Positions 9,338 through 18,894 of a stretch of 33,581 nucleotides of DNA are shown one piece after another. Under the pieces are notes generated by a model. That model was not told where the DNA came from, made no database searches, and saw only the letters and a program-made list of their open reading frames with translations. This DNA is from an uncultured Pirellulales bacterium (GTDB taxonomy: Bacteria; Planctomycetota; Phycisphaerae; Sedimentisphaerales; Anaerobacaceae): positions 1 through 33,581 of the forward strand of contig CAZWKM010000002.1 of assembly GCA_964634165.1 (NCBI GenBank). Reading direction: 5' to 3'. A program made the translations under genes and the position numbers. Each line of letters begins with the position of its first letter. Positions within the stretch are counted from its first letter, which is position 1.

Positions 9338-10410
9338 TAAATGACCCCCAATTTATGCAAGGCGTTGGCGATTACCTGTTCGTTTCCACTGTCAACGATG
9401 TATTGCCATTCCGCCGCCGTCTGCGCGCCGTATTCCTTGCGTACCCAATTGGCGTCGAAGTCTCCTGCCTTAACCTGCTCGATAATATGTTTGGCACGTT
9501 CGTCCAGTTTTTTCAAATCCACCTCGGCCACAACCTCTCGCTTTGCCGGCTTGACGGTTTTGTCGGTTTCAAGTTTGCTCAGGTGGCCTCCGCCTTCACC
9601 GCCGCCCCTCCCTTGGCCTCCGCCTTCACCGCCGGCCCTCATCCTCGCATATCTACCCATTATATTTGCAACCTGAGCTTCAACGGCCGCGTAGTCCGTT
9701 ATGTCAATGCCTTCCATAGTTTGCTTGAACATTGCTTTTAATGTATCAGTGTAGAGCTTGCCATACTCTGGAAAGCTAATCTCCCCCGGCAGTTCTTTGA
9801 CATTGCCCTTATCATCCATAATTCCCCTTATACCGGTTACGGGGTCGGTTACTATTCGGCTATTATATATCTCTTGCGGCTTCGGTTCATCGTGATAGAC
9901 CTGCGAGGGGGTAATAGAATGGAACTGCTGCTGTAACTGTCTTTCCGCTTCCTCTCCCTGCTCTGGCGTCCAATCCCCCTTCGACACCTGCTCTCGTACC
10001 CAAGCAATTGCGTCTTGAAGTTTACCCATCTTGTCTTTTTGTTGCTGAGTGTATTCCCACTTAAAATTGTCCCGTAAGATTTTCTGCTGCTGCAAGGCCG
10101 CTTCAAGGGCACGTCCGGGGGCCTCCTCATACTCTCGCATCCGAAACGCACGGTCGGCTTCCCTTCCTTCCTGCAAGCCTTTTGCTTCCTCGGTCCTCTG
10201 GTCAACGGCGCGGTTGTAGTAGCTCAGTCTCCCCTGCGCAAGTTCTTTCCGGTCAATCCTTTCCCATTCCCGCATACGCAATTGAGCGTTAAGCGCAGCC
10301 ATTCGTATGGCTCTGTCGATGTCTCGCTCGCGTCTCTGGCCTCGACCCGCCGTGTATGCAACGCCGCCCATTGCTTCTGCAGACGGCGCGTGTTTGACTG
10401 TAATAGGCAT
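9337..10410 (-). CDS. Coiled-coil-rich virion protein (internal/ejection-protein candidate), 357 aa
   Basis: Track ORF. TAATG overlaps with both neighbours. The sequence is rich in charged heptad-like segments (…RMREWERIDRKELAQGRL…) and has a GGEGGGQGRGGGEGGG linker. Its position between the tail fiber and the giant protein parallels the podovirus internal-protein block. Function is inferred from position only. Confidence 0.5.
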   Translation of the reverse strand: MPITVKHAPSAEAMGGVAYTAGRGQRRERDIDRAIRMAALNAQLRMREWERIDRKELAQGRLSYYNRAVDQRTEEAKGLQEGREADRAFRMREYEEAPGRALEAALQQQKILRDNFKWEYTQQQKDKMGKLQDAIAWVREQVSKGDWTPEQGEEAERQLQQQFHSITPSQVYHDEPKPQEIYNSRIVTDPVTGIRGIMDDKGNVKELPGEISFPEYGKLYTDTLKAMFKQTMEGIDITDYAAVEAQVANIMGRYARMRAGGEGGGQGRGGGEGGGHLSKLETDKTVKPAKREVVAEVDLKKLDERAKHIIEQVKAGDFDANWVRKEYGAQTAAEWQYIVDSGNEQVIANALHKLGVI

Positions 10411-11036
10411 TATGCGTTCCCTAATTGATTCATCAGTTGGACGTACAAGCTCTCGCTCGGATAATCATCGGTACGCCTCTCCATAAAGTCGAGCATCTCC
10501 CTGCTCATACCCGTGCTGTAACCAAGCTGTTCCCGGCGAAGTTGCTCATTCAATAAAGCCATCGACCGGGCCTGCGCCTCTGCGTTTTGGGATTGAACCG
10601 CAGGGGCGATTGTGGTCGAATACAGACCCCTGTTGACCATTGCCTGATTCGCCGCCGCCCCCGACCTCGCGTAACCTCTCTCAACATCGGCTCTGGCGGC
10701 TCCGCCAAGACCCTCTAACTGGCCCATCGCATTGCTGTATCGAGTTTCATAGCGGCCAAGAATATCCTCATAACGCTCCTCGTTTGCGGCCTTTGCCTCG
10801 TCATAGGCGGTCTGATATTCAGTCGTGAGGGTATTTTTCTTGGCTTCCATGATAGCTTGCTGGACTTGTGATAACTTCTGCTGGCTTACTGCTTGTTGAT
10901 AATTGTAGAAGCGGCGGGTAGCCTGATTATCACGCCCTACGTCCCATCCACTGAGAGTTGGCGCACCTCCGTATGAACGGTTCAGTGCATCAATGTAGTC
11001 TTGGACACTGCTGTATTTTGAGTAATCTTGCGCCAT
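10410..11036 (-). CDS. Virion protein (internal-protein candidate), 208 aa
   Basis: Track ORF. AAGGAG lies 7 nt upstream of ATG 11036. Its stop overlaps the next start as TAATG at 10410. The sequence is Gln/Ala-rich and looks helical. I recognise no motif. Confidence 0.5.
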   Translation of the reverse strand: MAQDYSKYSSVQDYIDALNRSYGGAPTLSGWDVGRDNQATRRFYNYQQAVSQQKLSQVQQAIMEAKKNTLTTEYQTAYDEAKAANEERYEDILGRYETRYSNAMGQLEGLGGAARADVERGYARSGAAANQAMVNRGLYSTTIAPAVQSQNAEAQARSMALLNEQLRREQLGYSTGMSREMLDFMERRTDDYPSESLYVQLMNQLGNA

Positions 11037-11047
11037 TGCAATTCTCC

Positions 11048-12679
11048 TTACGATTTTATGATGCTAAGACATTTCGCTCGGCCCCACCATCCTTGAACAG
11101 AAGCATATACATTCCCTGCTCCCGTGGTTCTTTTTAGGGCTATGCCGACCTTATAGGTTTGAGCTACGGGTATGCCTTCGTCTTTCAAATTGATTCCGTG
11201 CTCTGTAAAAGTATCAGGGTTGCCGGAAAGCGCTGTAGAAGAGACGGGAGTGGATTCCCACACTTTTGTCCCACCTTGGTTCTTTACATACAACACAACA
11301 GAAAGTTCATTCCCGCCGCCATCTACCCACACTGCCGCATCAAAGTCCACTTCTATTGCGGGACCATCTAACGTAAACGAAGCACTATCATAATCAACGT
11401 AACTTGTGCTGGTCGTGATATGATAAAGGTCGCATTTTTCCCTGTATGCAATGACATCATCAGAATCGAGACCCACGGATTCTCCCGTGTCGTAAGAATC
11501 AAAGGACAAGTGAACTTCGTTGCCGGATATGTCGATTATTTTCCGCCACCCAGAGTTATAGCTTGTCCCGGAACCGGATTCCGTATCAGACCACGCCGGC
11601 AAAGCTGAACCCCTCCACCTGCCGTAAAGACCTGTTCCATCGAGTTTAATCTGGTATCTGGCAAGGGCTTCTGTCGTGGGTGAACCATCAAGGCCAGAGA
11701 GCTTGAGTTGCCCGGCAGTAATGTTACCCAAGTCAGCGTTTATGGCCGCAAGTGTAGAAGTCTTGATAACGCCAGCCAATACAACCTTGTGCGTAGCTGC
11801 CGGTATTGCCGCTCCTGAATTATTTACACAGACAACCCAGTTCCCGGCGGCTATGGCGGTTGCAAGGTCGTCTGTGGTCTTGAAGGTCGTTGTCGAATCA
11901 TCATCGTCCCAGTAGATATAAGTGTCGGTACTGCCGTCATCGACCGCCTTAGCGACAATGTTATACGGTGTGCCTCCGAAATCCAGCGTCCCGGCAGTCC
12001 AGCCGACTTTGCCTGAGCCGGTATTGCCGATAAACGTAATGCCTGTCAAAAAGGGCACATCATCCGAAAGACCGCCGCCGTCAACGCCGTCCTGAACGTC
12101 CACAAGCGTAATAGTATCCAAAGGAGTCCCCTCCGTGCCGTCTTTGAGGGTAATGACCTTGCTGCCGTCAATATCGCCCGAATCCAGAACACCCGTATAG
12201 CCATCGCTGCCCGTTGCGTATCCGTTTGCTTCCGTCACTTCATTATTGTTTGGGTCATAGAGTTTAATCGTGCCGGAACTGAGCAGGGTATCGCTGCCAC
12301 CTGCTATCTTGTGCGCCTCTATCGTAAGCGTGCCTGTACTGTTATGGATAGCCGTCCCATCGGTGGGCTTGATGTAATAGACGACCGCATCGTCGCCGTT
12401 CTCGCCGGGCAGCCCGCGAATCGCTATCGGATTACTCCACGTCCCCTGCGTGTCTAACAAAGCTGTTTTGGTGCTCATCCAGTTATCGCCGGTAGCGAAG
12501 GTTCTATGCCAACCGCCCGTTGTTCCGTCACCTGTGGGATTAGACGGTGTAGAGTCGAGGTCGGATGCGTGGTATGTTATAAAGACGTTCAGACCGTCAT
12601 CGCCATCGGCCCCATCTACCGCCGCTTGGAGCTTTTGCATCCACTGCCGTATCCTGATTAGGTCGTTTTCTGTTGACAT
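11048..12679 (-). CDS. Tail fiber / receptor-binding protein candidate, 543 aa
   Basis: Track ORF. The N-terminal helix is followed by Gly/Asp/Thr-rich beta-type sequence (…GLPGENGDDAVVYYIKPTDGTAIHNSTGTLTIEAHKIAGG…), typical of fibers. It follows the large tail protein, and its start overlaps that gene's TAA at 12679. Confidence 0.55.
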   Translation of the reverse strand: MSTENDLIRIRQWMQKLQAAVDGADGDDGLNVFITYHASDLDSTPSNPTGDGTTGGWHRTFATGDNWMSTKTALLDTQGTWSNPIAIRGLPGENGDDAVVYYIKPTDGTAIHNSTGTLTIEAHKIAGGSDTLLSSGTIKLYDPNNNEVTEANGYATGSDGYTGVLDSGDIDGSKVITLKDGTEGTPLDTITLVDVQDGVDGGGLSDDVPFLTGITFIGNTGSGKVGWTAGTLDFGGTPYNIVAKAVDDGSTDTYIYWDDDDSTTTFKTTDDLATAIAAGNWVVCVNNSGAAIPAATHKVVLAGVIKTSTLAAINADLGNITAGQLKLSGLDGSPTTEALARYQIKLDGTGLYGRWRGSALPAWSDTESGSGTSYNSGWRKIIDISGNEVHLSFDSYDTGESVGLDSDDVIAYREKCDLYHITTSTSYVDYDSASFTLDGPAIEVDFDAAVWVDGGGNELSVVLYVKNQGGTKVWESTPVSSTALSGNPDTFTEHGINLKDEGIPVAQTYKVGIALKRTTGAGNVYASVQGWWGRAKCLSIIKS

Positions 12680-15072
12680 TATTTTGCTCTACCCGCAGGC
12701 AAGATGTTCACAAGCACCCGTTCCAGTCCCCACGTCTCATCTGCTGTGTTATTACCGAGCCGTATTCCAAGAAATATCCCCTTCGCTCTGCGCCTTAGCC
12801 GATTGTGTTTGCCCGGCCCCGTTATCGTGCCGTCAAACAAAGCTCTGGTATTTATTGCAACAGGGTTTCCCTTGTAGTTTGAGTCTACACCCGGCTGGTA
12901 TTTTCCAATACATAAAGCCGTTGTACTCAGCCAACCATCGAGATAGCTTCCCTTCGATGGGCCAAGGTTGTATGTTCCAGCCGTACTCGACCACGAAATA
13001 TAATAATCGTGTGTCGAATTGTGCCAACATCGGTGTCCATCATACTCATCAGTCTCGATGTAAACGCCCGTTGCATCCGGGTCTGAGTCGCCGAGCACTA
13101 TTATTCTGTCGCCCAGTTCTCCCCAATCCACCATTTCCATTATCTCCTCAGCGGTTTCGGCCACGAAGATTTCATAGTCAATATCGTCCGAATCAGGAAT
13201 AGAACCGCCGGCCCCTCCGCCCGCCGAAACAACAGACAAAGAGTTTGTCTTGCCGTTATAGTCGTGGTCTTTCCCTATCATCACCGGGCCTAACAGGACG
13301 AAGCTATCTATTGCCTCGCTCGTCGGCGAAGCAATCGTGCCGGTGTCATCGCTTTTAGCCGAATTGTCCATCACCCTGATATGGCCATCGTAACACCCCA
13401 ACAATAACTGTCTGTTGACGGGGTCATCGGCGTTGTAGAAGTGAGAACACATCACGCCGTCTTCTTCTGGGTAACTCTCCGGGAAGAACCCTTGGGACTG
13501 CAAATCATACCAGTAGTTAGCGTTTGTCCCTGTCTCGATGTCCGTAACACATATCTGTATCCCGTATTTGTTCGGGTCAAAGGCCAGCGTAATACGCTGC
13601 GTTTCAGGATTCAAGTTAAGGTCTGAGATGAAGTTCGGGATGACATCACTCGTTAGCGGCTCTGGTTGCGAGAGTCCTCCTTGTATTCTGTAAAGGCCCT
13701 TCAAGTCGAGAACATAGAGGTTGCTCTTGTCGTCCCACGTCCAGGCGTCCGGCGAGATTATGCCCACCTTCTCATTGAACATATCCAAACTACCTTCTGA
13801 CGCCGCATCCCCTCTAAGCAAATATATCGAGCCAATCGAGCCGTATATCAGGAAGTCATCGCTGTAGGGTATCTGAGCAGTAATAATATCCCCGACCTTG
13901 CCTGCATCTGCGTCCGTACCTGCAACTGGTGATTGGGCGTCGTCGGCGGCGTATTTCCAGTCATAGGGGTTTGCTTGTCTCGAATGATACCACTGGTGCG
14001 GGTCCGCAGAATTGCCGGTTACCGCCCCCCTCCCTCGGTAATTGCAACCCATTGTCAATCTTGCAGGCATTTCGCCGAATTCATCCTCGCCTGTAACGTC
14101 TTCATATACTCCCCAGTCGTAGTGATGGGGCGTTGTCGGCTCGACTACGTCTGTCGGATAAAGCGTTGTGGGCCTCAAGGTATCCCCGGAAAGAGTGTCT
14201 TGCCTGAGAGCGGAACCTGTCTGCGATGAAGTATATGTTGCTGTTACATTGAATTTGTCACCATCCACCGAGTTGATTTCGTATGTATCATTGTAATCGG
14301 TAGTTCCCGAAATTATTACTGTATCGCCTGTAGAGAATATATGCCCAGCCGCCGTAACATCGATAGTACCCTCTCCACCATCCGCTATGGCTGTAATAGT
14401 GGCAAGCGGGGTGGTGAATGTGCCCGAAATAACCCTGCCGTAGATTACCGTGTCAATACCCTTGGCAACGTAATCCACAATCATCTGCGCGCCGGAATTA
14501 AGTTGCGAGATAGTGTATCCCCGTCTCGGCGGGGCGGTCATACTGCCGGAAAGCGTGAGCTTCGTGTTGACAAAATCGACCACCTTCTTAATCGCATCGT
14601 TGACGATATAGACCTTCTGCTGCAATTCAAACATCTGCAATGGAGAGCTGGTGTCCAAGGTCAGGCCGGAAAGCTCCACAAGTTTCGGCGGAGAGTCGTC
14701 ATTCTCATACCAGAAGGCATCGTCCGCTGCCGCACAAAGTCTCTTTCTGTAGTTTTTCGCATCAGGCAAGGCGTCATTTTCTGATATGACCGTGAAAGAC
14801 CACAAGGCGCTGTCAACATCATCCTCTCCTTCCTTGACTGCGGTAATCAGCCAGAAATACTCCGCTCCGTAGGCAAGCGATATGCGGGGGTCGTATGCCT
14901 TCTCATACACAATGCCGCGATAGACGTTGGTGTTCTTGTCGGTAACTTCGGTTTCGTTCGTACCGAAATAGACCTTGTAGTAATCGCTTTCGATACTGTC
15001 CGCCCACGACAACGTTGCGCTGTTGGCGACATTGGTAGCGTCATCGGCAGGACTCGGCGTTGACAAACTCAT
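12679..15072 (-). CDS. Large tail (nozzle/tubular-B-like) protein with N-terminal Ig/FN3-like domain, ~797 aa
   Basis: Track ORF 12679..15102. I prefer ATG 15072 (MSLSTPSP…) because GGAGG lies 8 nt upstream and the ATG overlaps the upstream stop as TAATG. The N-terminus (ATLSWADSIESDYYKVYFGTNETEV) looks FN3/Ig-like. The size and beta-rich sequence resemble ~800-aa podovirus nozzle proteins. The assignment is analogy only. Confidence 0.5.
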   Translation of the reverse strand: MSLSTPSPADDATNVANSATLSWADSIESDYYKVYFGTNETEVTDKNTNVYRGIVYEKAYDPRISLAYGAEYFWLITAVKEGEDDVDSALWSFTVISENDALPDAKNYRKRLCAAADDAFWYENDDSPPKLVELSGLTLDTSSPLQMFELQQKVYIVNDAIKKVVDFVNTKLTLSGSMTAPPRRGYTISQLNSGAQMIVDYVAKGIDTVIYGRVISGTFTTPLATITAIADGGEGTIDVTAAGHIFSTGDTVIISGTTDYNDTYEINSVDGDKFNVTATYTSSQTGSALRQDTLSGDTLRPTTLYPTDVVEPTTPHHYDWGVYEDVTGEDEFGEMPARLTMGCNYRGRGAVTGNSADPHQWYHSRQANPYDWKYAADDAQSPVAGTDADAGKVGDIITAQIPYSDDFLIYGSIGSIYLLRGDAASEGSLDMFNEKVGIISPDAWTWDDKSNLYVLDLKGLYRIQGGLSQPEPLTSDVIPNFISDLNLNPETQRITLAFDPNKYGIQICVTDIETGTNANYWYDLQSQGFFPESYPEEDGVMCSHFYNADDPVNRQLLLGCYDGHIRVMDNSAKSDDTGTIASPTSEAIDSFVLLGPVMIGKDHDYNGKTNSLSVVSAGGGAGGSIPDSDDIDYEIFVAETAEEIMEMVDWGELGDRIIVLGDSDPDATGVYIETDEYDGHRCWHNSTHDYYISWSSTAGTYNLGPSKGSYLDGWLSTTALCIGKYQPGVDSNYKGNPVAINTRALFDGTITGPGKHNRLRRRAKGIFLGIRLGNNTADETWGLERVLVNILPAGRAK

Positions 15073-15299
15073 TAAGACACCTCCACTGTCGTCACGGAAC
15101 AAATAGCCACAACAGGCCCATTACCGCCGCCTATCTGCTGATTATATGCCTTGGCAAAGCCCGGGCGCTGTCCTCCTCTGGCCCTGTATTCAAGTACATC
15201 TCTCGGGCGCACATTGTTCATACGCGGAGACGTAAATCGCGGCTGGGTGGTAGCCGCAAAGTTCGTATTTTTGCCCACCATTGGGAACTGGAGTTTCAT
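15072..15299 (-). CDS. Small virion-module protein, 75 aa
   Basis: Track ORF. AAGGAG lies 6 nt upstream of ATG 15299, directly after the upstream TAA. Its stop overlaps the next ATG. Confidence 0.5.
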   Translation of the reverse strand: MKLQFPMVGKNTNFAATTQPRFTSPRMNNVRPRDVLEYRARGGQRPGFAKAYNQQIGGGNGPVVAICSVTTVEVS

Positions 15300-15308
15300 C
15301 TCGTCTCC

Positions 15309-15623
15309 TTATATGTCTATTGGCAGACCTAAAAGAGCCGAACCCGTCCAGCGTACCCTCTTGCCCAATTTCACTTCATCGGTATCCGCCGGCGAAGCGG
15401 CATCATAAAACAGCAGGTCGTATTCGCCGGCAGGCAGAGCGGCAGGGATTGTCACCGGGATACCGCCGATATAACTGTTCTTCGTCAGGGCAATGTCGGT
15501 ATCCCCCCAGGTTGGAGCAGCAGCTAATCCCTCATTCGTTACATCCCAAACATTCCCGTCACAAATCCTCACTAATCGGGCGTAAGGATTCGTCAAACTG
15601 CGATACACTATAAGGTGATACAT
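15309..15623 (-). CDS. Small virion-module protein, ~104 aa
   Basis: Track ORF 15309..15635. ATG 15623 (MYHLIVYRS…) has GGAGG 5 nt upstream. The ATG at 15635 overlaps the upstream TGA and remains an alternative start. Confidence 0.55.
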   Translation of the reverse strand: MYHLIVYRSLTNPYARLVRICDGNVWDVTNEGLAAAPTWGDTDIALTKNSYIGGIPVTIPAALPAGEYDLLFYDAASPADTDEVKLGKRVRWTGSALLGLPIDI

Positions 15624-15634
15624 ATTAACCTCCA

Positions 15635-16093
15635 TCAGTAAAGAGAATTGCCGCTTCCCGTTCCCGCCTCACTTGCGGAAATATCGTTAAGGTCATCAAG
15701 CGTATTTTTCGTGCCGGCAATGCCGCCGACATTGCCGGTTACACTTGCCGCAACGGGACTTGCCGTGTCAAGGTCAAATGCGTGTTCGGCGGAGGCGTGT
15801 CCGTAGGTTTCGATAATGAGGCATTGGTCTTCAAATACCTTTGTCTCGCTCTGGTCAACTATGCTTAGAATGATTTTGGCGGCTTGCATTTCCGCTACCG
15901 AAAGGGTGAGCTTGTACATCCCTTGCCCGATTTCGTCTATATCGACATCAGTCGTATTGTTCGCAGCTCCTCCATCTTTCGATATTTTTATATCCCCCGC
16001 TGCCGTAGTCGCTCCAGTTACGAAATCTAATGTCCCTCTCTCGACTAACGGGAAAACGATTGTTGTCGATACGCCGTATTTTCGTAGAATCAT
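15635..16093 (-). CDS. Virion structural protein, 152 aa (function unknown)
   Basis: Track ORF within the tail/fiber block. The beta-rich sequence (…DIKISKDGGAANNTTDVDIDEIGQGMYKLTLSVAEM…) resembles small Ig-like phage structural proteins. Confidence 0.5.
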   Translation of the reverse strand: MILRKYGVSTTIVFPLVERGTLDFVTGATTAAGDIKISKDGGAANNTTDVDIDEIGQGMYKLTLSVAEMQAAKIILSIVDQSETKVFEDQCLIIETYGHASAEHAFDLDTASPVAASVTGNVGGIAGTKNTLDDLNDISASEAGTGSGNSLY

Positions 16094-16938
16094 CGTACTA
16101 CTCCTCGTACTACTCCTCGTAAGACGCCCTTGTCTAATCCCTTACTGAACGTTTCCGGGTCTTGGCCGCAAAAGTCCACTTCGTATATTCTAAGATTCTG
16201 ATTCATTACTTGATTGGTAAGCCGAATCTTCGTTACGGTCTGGGCGGTGAAAGTAATTTTCACCCAAACATTCTCAGAAAGAACACCGTCCCATATCTCC
16301 GTCCAGGACAAACCGTCATAGATTTCAATCTTTACATCCGGCCCATCACCTTCGGCATAATTATCTTCACAGTAAATCCGCATCGCCTCTGAGTCGCTGG
16401 TGAAAGCTGCCGGAGCCAACAGGGTTACGGGGTAGGGGTCATTGAAACCAATGCCGCCGTAATTTTCTATGTCATCATCGTACATATTCGCTATGTTTGA
16501 CCAGTTCGTCCCGTCCTCGTATCCCACGGGGCTTACCCAAATAGCGTGAAATTGAGCTTCGTAAAATTGGAAATTATAACCGGCCCCGCCATAGCTAATT
16601 CCAATTTTCTCTATATCAACGGGCATAGATGAACCAACGCTAAATTCGTGCCAAACCATACCGGTCAACGAACCCTCGTGTAAAGTATGCCATTCGCTGT
16701 TCCAATAAACTTCTACCATACATTCGCTCACGTCACCGCCGTTATTAGCAACCATAACCCTGATATGCGTCCCGTATCTCTGGCCGGCCTGCCCCGTAAT
16801 CTCTAAACGCTCTCCCGCATAGCTTTCATCCACAGTCGCGCATGTGCCATCATTGCCATCGTAAGCATTGGCAGTATTAACCCAATGAGCGGCCCCATTG
16901 TCGCTCGCACCCTTGACGTATGTTCGTTCAAATGGCAT
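16090..16938 (-). CDS. Tandem carbohydrate-binding-module-like (galactose-binding/discoidin-like) protein, 282 aa
   Basis: Track ORF. It has an internal duplication: AHWVNTANAYDGNDGT… and TNWSNIANMYDDDIEN…. Each half ends in a beta-sandwich-like segment (…IRLTNQVMNQNLRIYEVDF). The C-terminal GVLRGVVRGVVR comes from a 12-nt tandem repeat. Confidence 0.5.
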   Translation of the reverse strand: MPFERTYVKGASDNGAAHWVNTANAYDGNDGTCATVDESYAGERLEITGQAGQRYGTHIRVMVANNGGDVSECMVEVYWNSEWHTLHEGSLTGMVWHEFSVGSSMPVDIEKIGISYGGAGYNFQFYEAQFHAIWVSPVGYEDGTNWSNIANMYDDDIENYGGIGFNDPYPVTLLAPAAFTSDSEAMRIYCEDNYAEGDGPDVKIEIYDGLSWTEIWDGVLSENVWVKITFTAQTVTKIRLTNQVMNQNLRIYEVDFCGQDPETFSKGLDKGVLRGVVRGVVR

Positions 16939-16939
16939 A

Positions 16940-17914
16940 TCAGTAAATCCGATTCATTGCTCTTTTCATCTCCTTTTTTACCGCATCCATATGCCCGACG
17001 CCGCCGTGTGCGATTGTGCCAGAAGATGTGTCGTATGCACAACCGTTGACAACCAATCGACCGGCACTTTGATACAAGTCATACGGACCAAGAGAAGGCG
17101 TGCCAGCCGCCAAAGTTCTTATAACACAATTATTCAGAACAACATTAGAATCTGCATTTGCTACATAAACTCCCAAAACGTAATCCTCTGCTAAAGCACC
17201 TGCAGATACATACACAACACAATTATTATAGGTAACATAACAAGCCGCTTGATGATACAGCCCATAAGCACTTACACCAGCAGCGTTACGCGGGATTACA
17301 TAGAACTGGCAGTTATCGAACACGCCGTTATCGCATTGATAAATCGCCCGGTAATCTGTAGATGTTGCGTGCTCTCCGGTCGAGTAAAAAATTGTATTCT
17401 CACAGACAAGCCGTTCGACTCCAGTGAAATTCGCCGCATCATATTGTCCTCGAATCCTACAATTAGAAATAAAGATGTCATCTGAACCATCAGCAGCGAG
17501 TTTAATACCATCCATATTGCCGTAGATGTCACAATCCTCGATAACGATATTCGTGCGGGCAACCGCTGTGCCATCAATCCCGTATTTGTCCGCCCCAATC
17601 GCCTCTATCGACAAGTTCTTAACGACACAATTAGAACCGATGTCGATACCATCGGCAGCGGCGGGTACGATTTTCGAGCCGCTCCGCGAAGTGCCTATCA
17701 AGGTCAGGGCCTTGGCGGATATATCGACATTCTCAGCGTAATCGCCCGGCCAAATGATAATCGTATCGCCCGCGGCGGCGGCTGTTACAGCCGCACCTAT
17801 CGTCAATTTCGCATCGGCGGCAAGGGCAATCGGATATTGCTGTGCGTGCCCGCCGTTGGCATCGTCTCCGGTTTTCGCTACGTGCCATACGTGCGCAGAG
17901 TCAAAAAGATTCAT
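16940..17914 (-). CDS. Right-handed parallel beta-helix (pectate-lyase-fold) protein; tailspike/depolymerase candidate, 324 aa
   Basis: Track ORF. The N-terminus WHVAKTGDDANGG…TIGAAVTAAAAGDTIIIWPGDYAENV is the classic beta-helix entry motif. It is followed by repeated N/C/I-rich coils (…NCVVKNLSIEA…IEDCDIYG…ISNCRIRG…). Confidence 0.7.
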   Translation of the reverse strand: MNLFDSAHVWHVAKTGDDANGGHAQQYPIALAADAKLTIGAAVTAAAAGDTIIIWPGDYAENVDISAKALTLIGTSRSGSKIVPAAADGIDIGSNCVVKNLSIEAIGADKYGIDGTAVARTNIVIEDCDIYGNMDGIKLAADGSDDIFISNCRIRGQYDAANFTGVERLVCENTIFYSTGEHATSTDYRAIYQCDNGVFDNCQFYVIPRNAAGVSAYGLYHQAACYVTYNNCVVYVSAGALAEDYVLGVYVANADSNVVLNNCVIRTLAAGTPSLGPYDLYQSAGRLVVNGCAYDTSSGTIAHGGVGHMDAVKKEMKRAMNRIY

Positions 17915-18894
17915 TATGTTTCCCCGTTATATGTAACCAAAAATGTTTGAGGGTGTCGTCTCAATCCGCTATCCCTGTCGGCATTGTCCGAATTATCACC
18001 GTTGTACCCAAGAAACTCCGCCTGATACGCTCTTTTGTCAAGGGCTATACTTGCCGTCAATCGCTCCATAAAGTAATCGTGTTTCGGCCCTTTCTTCTCA
18101 TCCTCTTGCAATTCGGCTACCGCAAGGCAACTCGCCTCGATGGTTTCCGCGTGCACCGCCCCGCCGTATGGGTACTTGATTGAATCAGTCAACGCATCGG
18201 GCAGGATATTCATCCTGAACTTCAGCACATACTCAACGCTCGGTATCGGGAAGAGCATAATCTCGAAACGCTGCCCTGTGGCAGTACCGGCACATTCTTT
18301 TGGCCTTACAGCAGCAAAATAGGGATACGTCCTTGCTTTTTGGCTATTGCGAAGACTGCGAATCTTGCCTTCCCCTACTATCACGATGTCCGGTTTGTTC
18401 CTGGATTCGTATGTTATAACGCCTTCAATCCCGCCGAAATCTTCATCGAGGTCATAGTTACCATTATGGCCGAGGGTATAGGAGGCGCCTGCATCGACAT
18501 CATCGCCGACCACCGTAAGCTCCGTATCGCCATCTCGCGAGCTTATGGTGTATTCGGTTGTGCCTATGGTAAGTGTGCCGTTTGTTTTCGCCCACGTTGG
18601 CCAAGTGCCGTCCGAAAGCGTACAGGTTCCAGATGATACCTCTACTGTCCCGGTCGAATATGTCGCCACTGTCGTCAAGGTCGCTATCGGTTTCAGGAAG
18701 CTCCACTCGTGCGGCATTTCCCTATCATAGACCTTTGGCGGGTAATAGAATTGCCTCAGTCCCCGCTTGATAATCATAGTGATAACCGCCGCCTGGTGCG
18801 TAGTCCATTTGGCAGAATCCAGGCCGTGACCCAGGTAGTGAGCCACGGCCTTCTGTAAATCGCTATATTGAGAAGAAAGCGTTGATTCTGTCAT
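17914..18894 (-). CDS. Head-tail adaptor / tail-proximal structural protein candidate, 326 aa
   Basis: Track ORF with TAATG overlaps at both ends. It lies between the capsid block and the tail/receptor block. The assignment rests on position only. Confidence 0.35.
   Translation of the reverse strand: MTESTLSSQYSDLQKAVAHYLGHGLDSAKWTTHQAAVITMIIKRGLRQFYYPPKVYDREMPHEWSFLKPIATLTTVATYSTGTVEVSSGTCTLSDGTWPTWAKTNGTLTIGTTEYTISSRDGDTELTVVGDDVDAGASYTLGHNGNYDLDEDFGGIEGVITYESRNKPDIVIVGEGKIRSLRNSQKARTYPYFAAVRPKECAGTATGQRFEIMLFPIPSVEYVLKFRMNILPDALTDSIKYPYGGAVHAETIEASCLAVAELQEDEKKGPKHDYFMERLTASIALDKRAYQAEFLGYNGDNSDNADRDSGLRRHPQTFLVTYNGET

Noticed and set aside
9585-9633. A perfect 19-nt repeat with a 30-nt period inside the 357-aa gene.
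   Set aside because: It simply encodes a duplicated Gly-rich linker (GGEGGGQGRGGGEGGG). I see no evidence of a separate DNA-level function.
113-9741. Numerous plus-strand track ORFs (e.g. 2342..2923, 6522..7154, 7121..7885, 7892..8398, 9172..9741), which are the only sizeable ORFs listed for the left 9 kb.
   Set aside because: Their translations are Ser/Arg/Cys/Leu-rich low-information sequence. They lie antisense to a continuous, motif-bearing minus-strand frame, so they are shadow ORFs.
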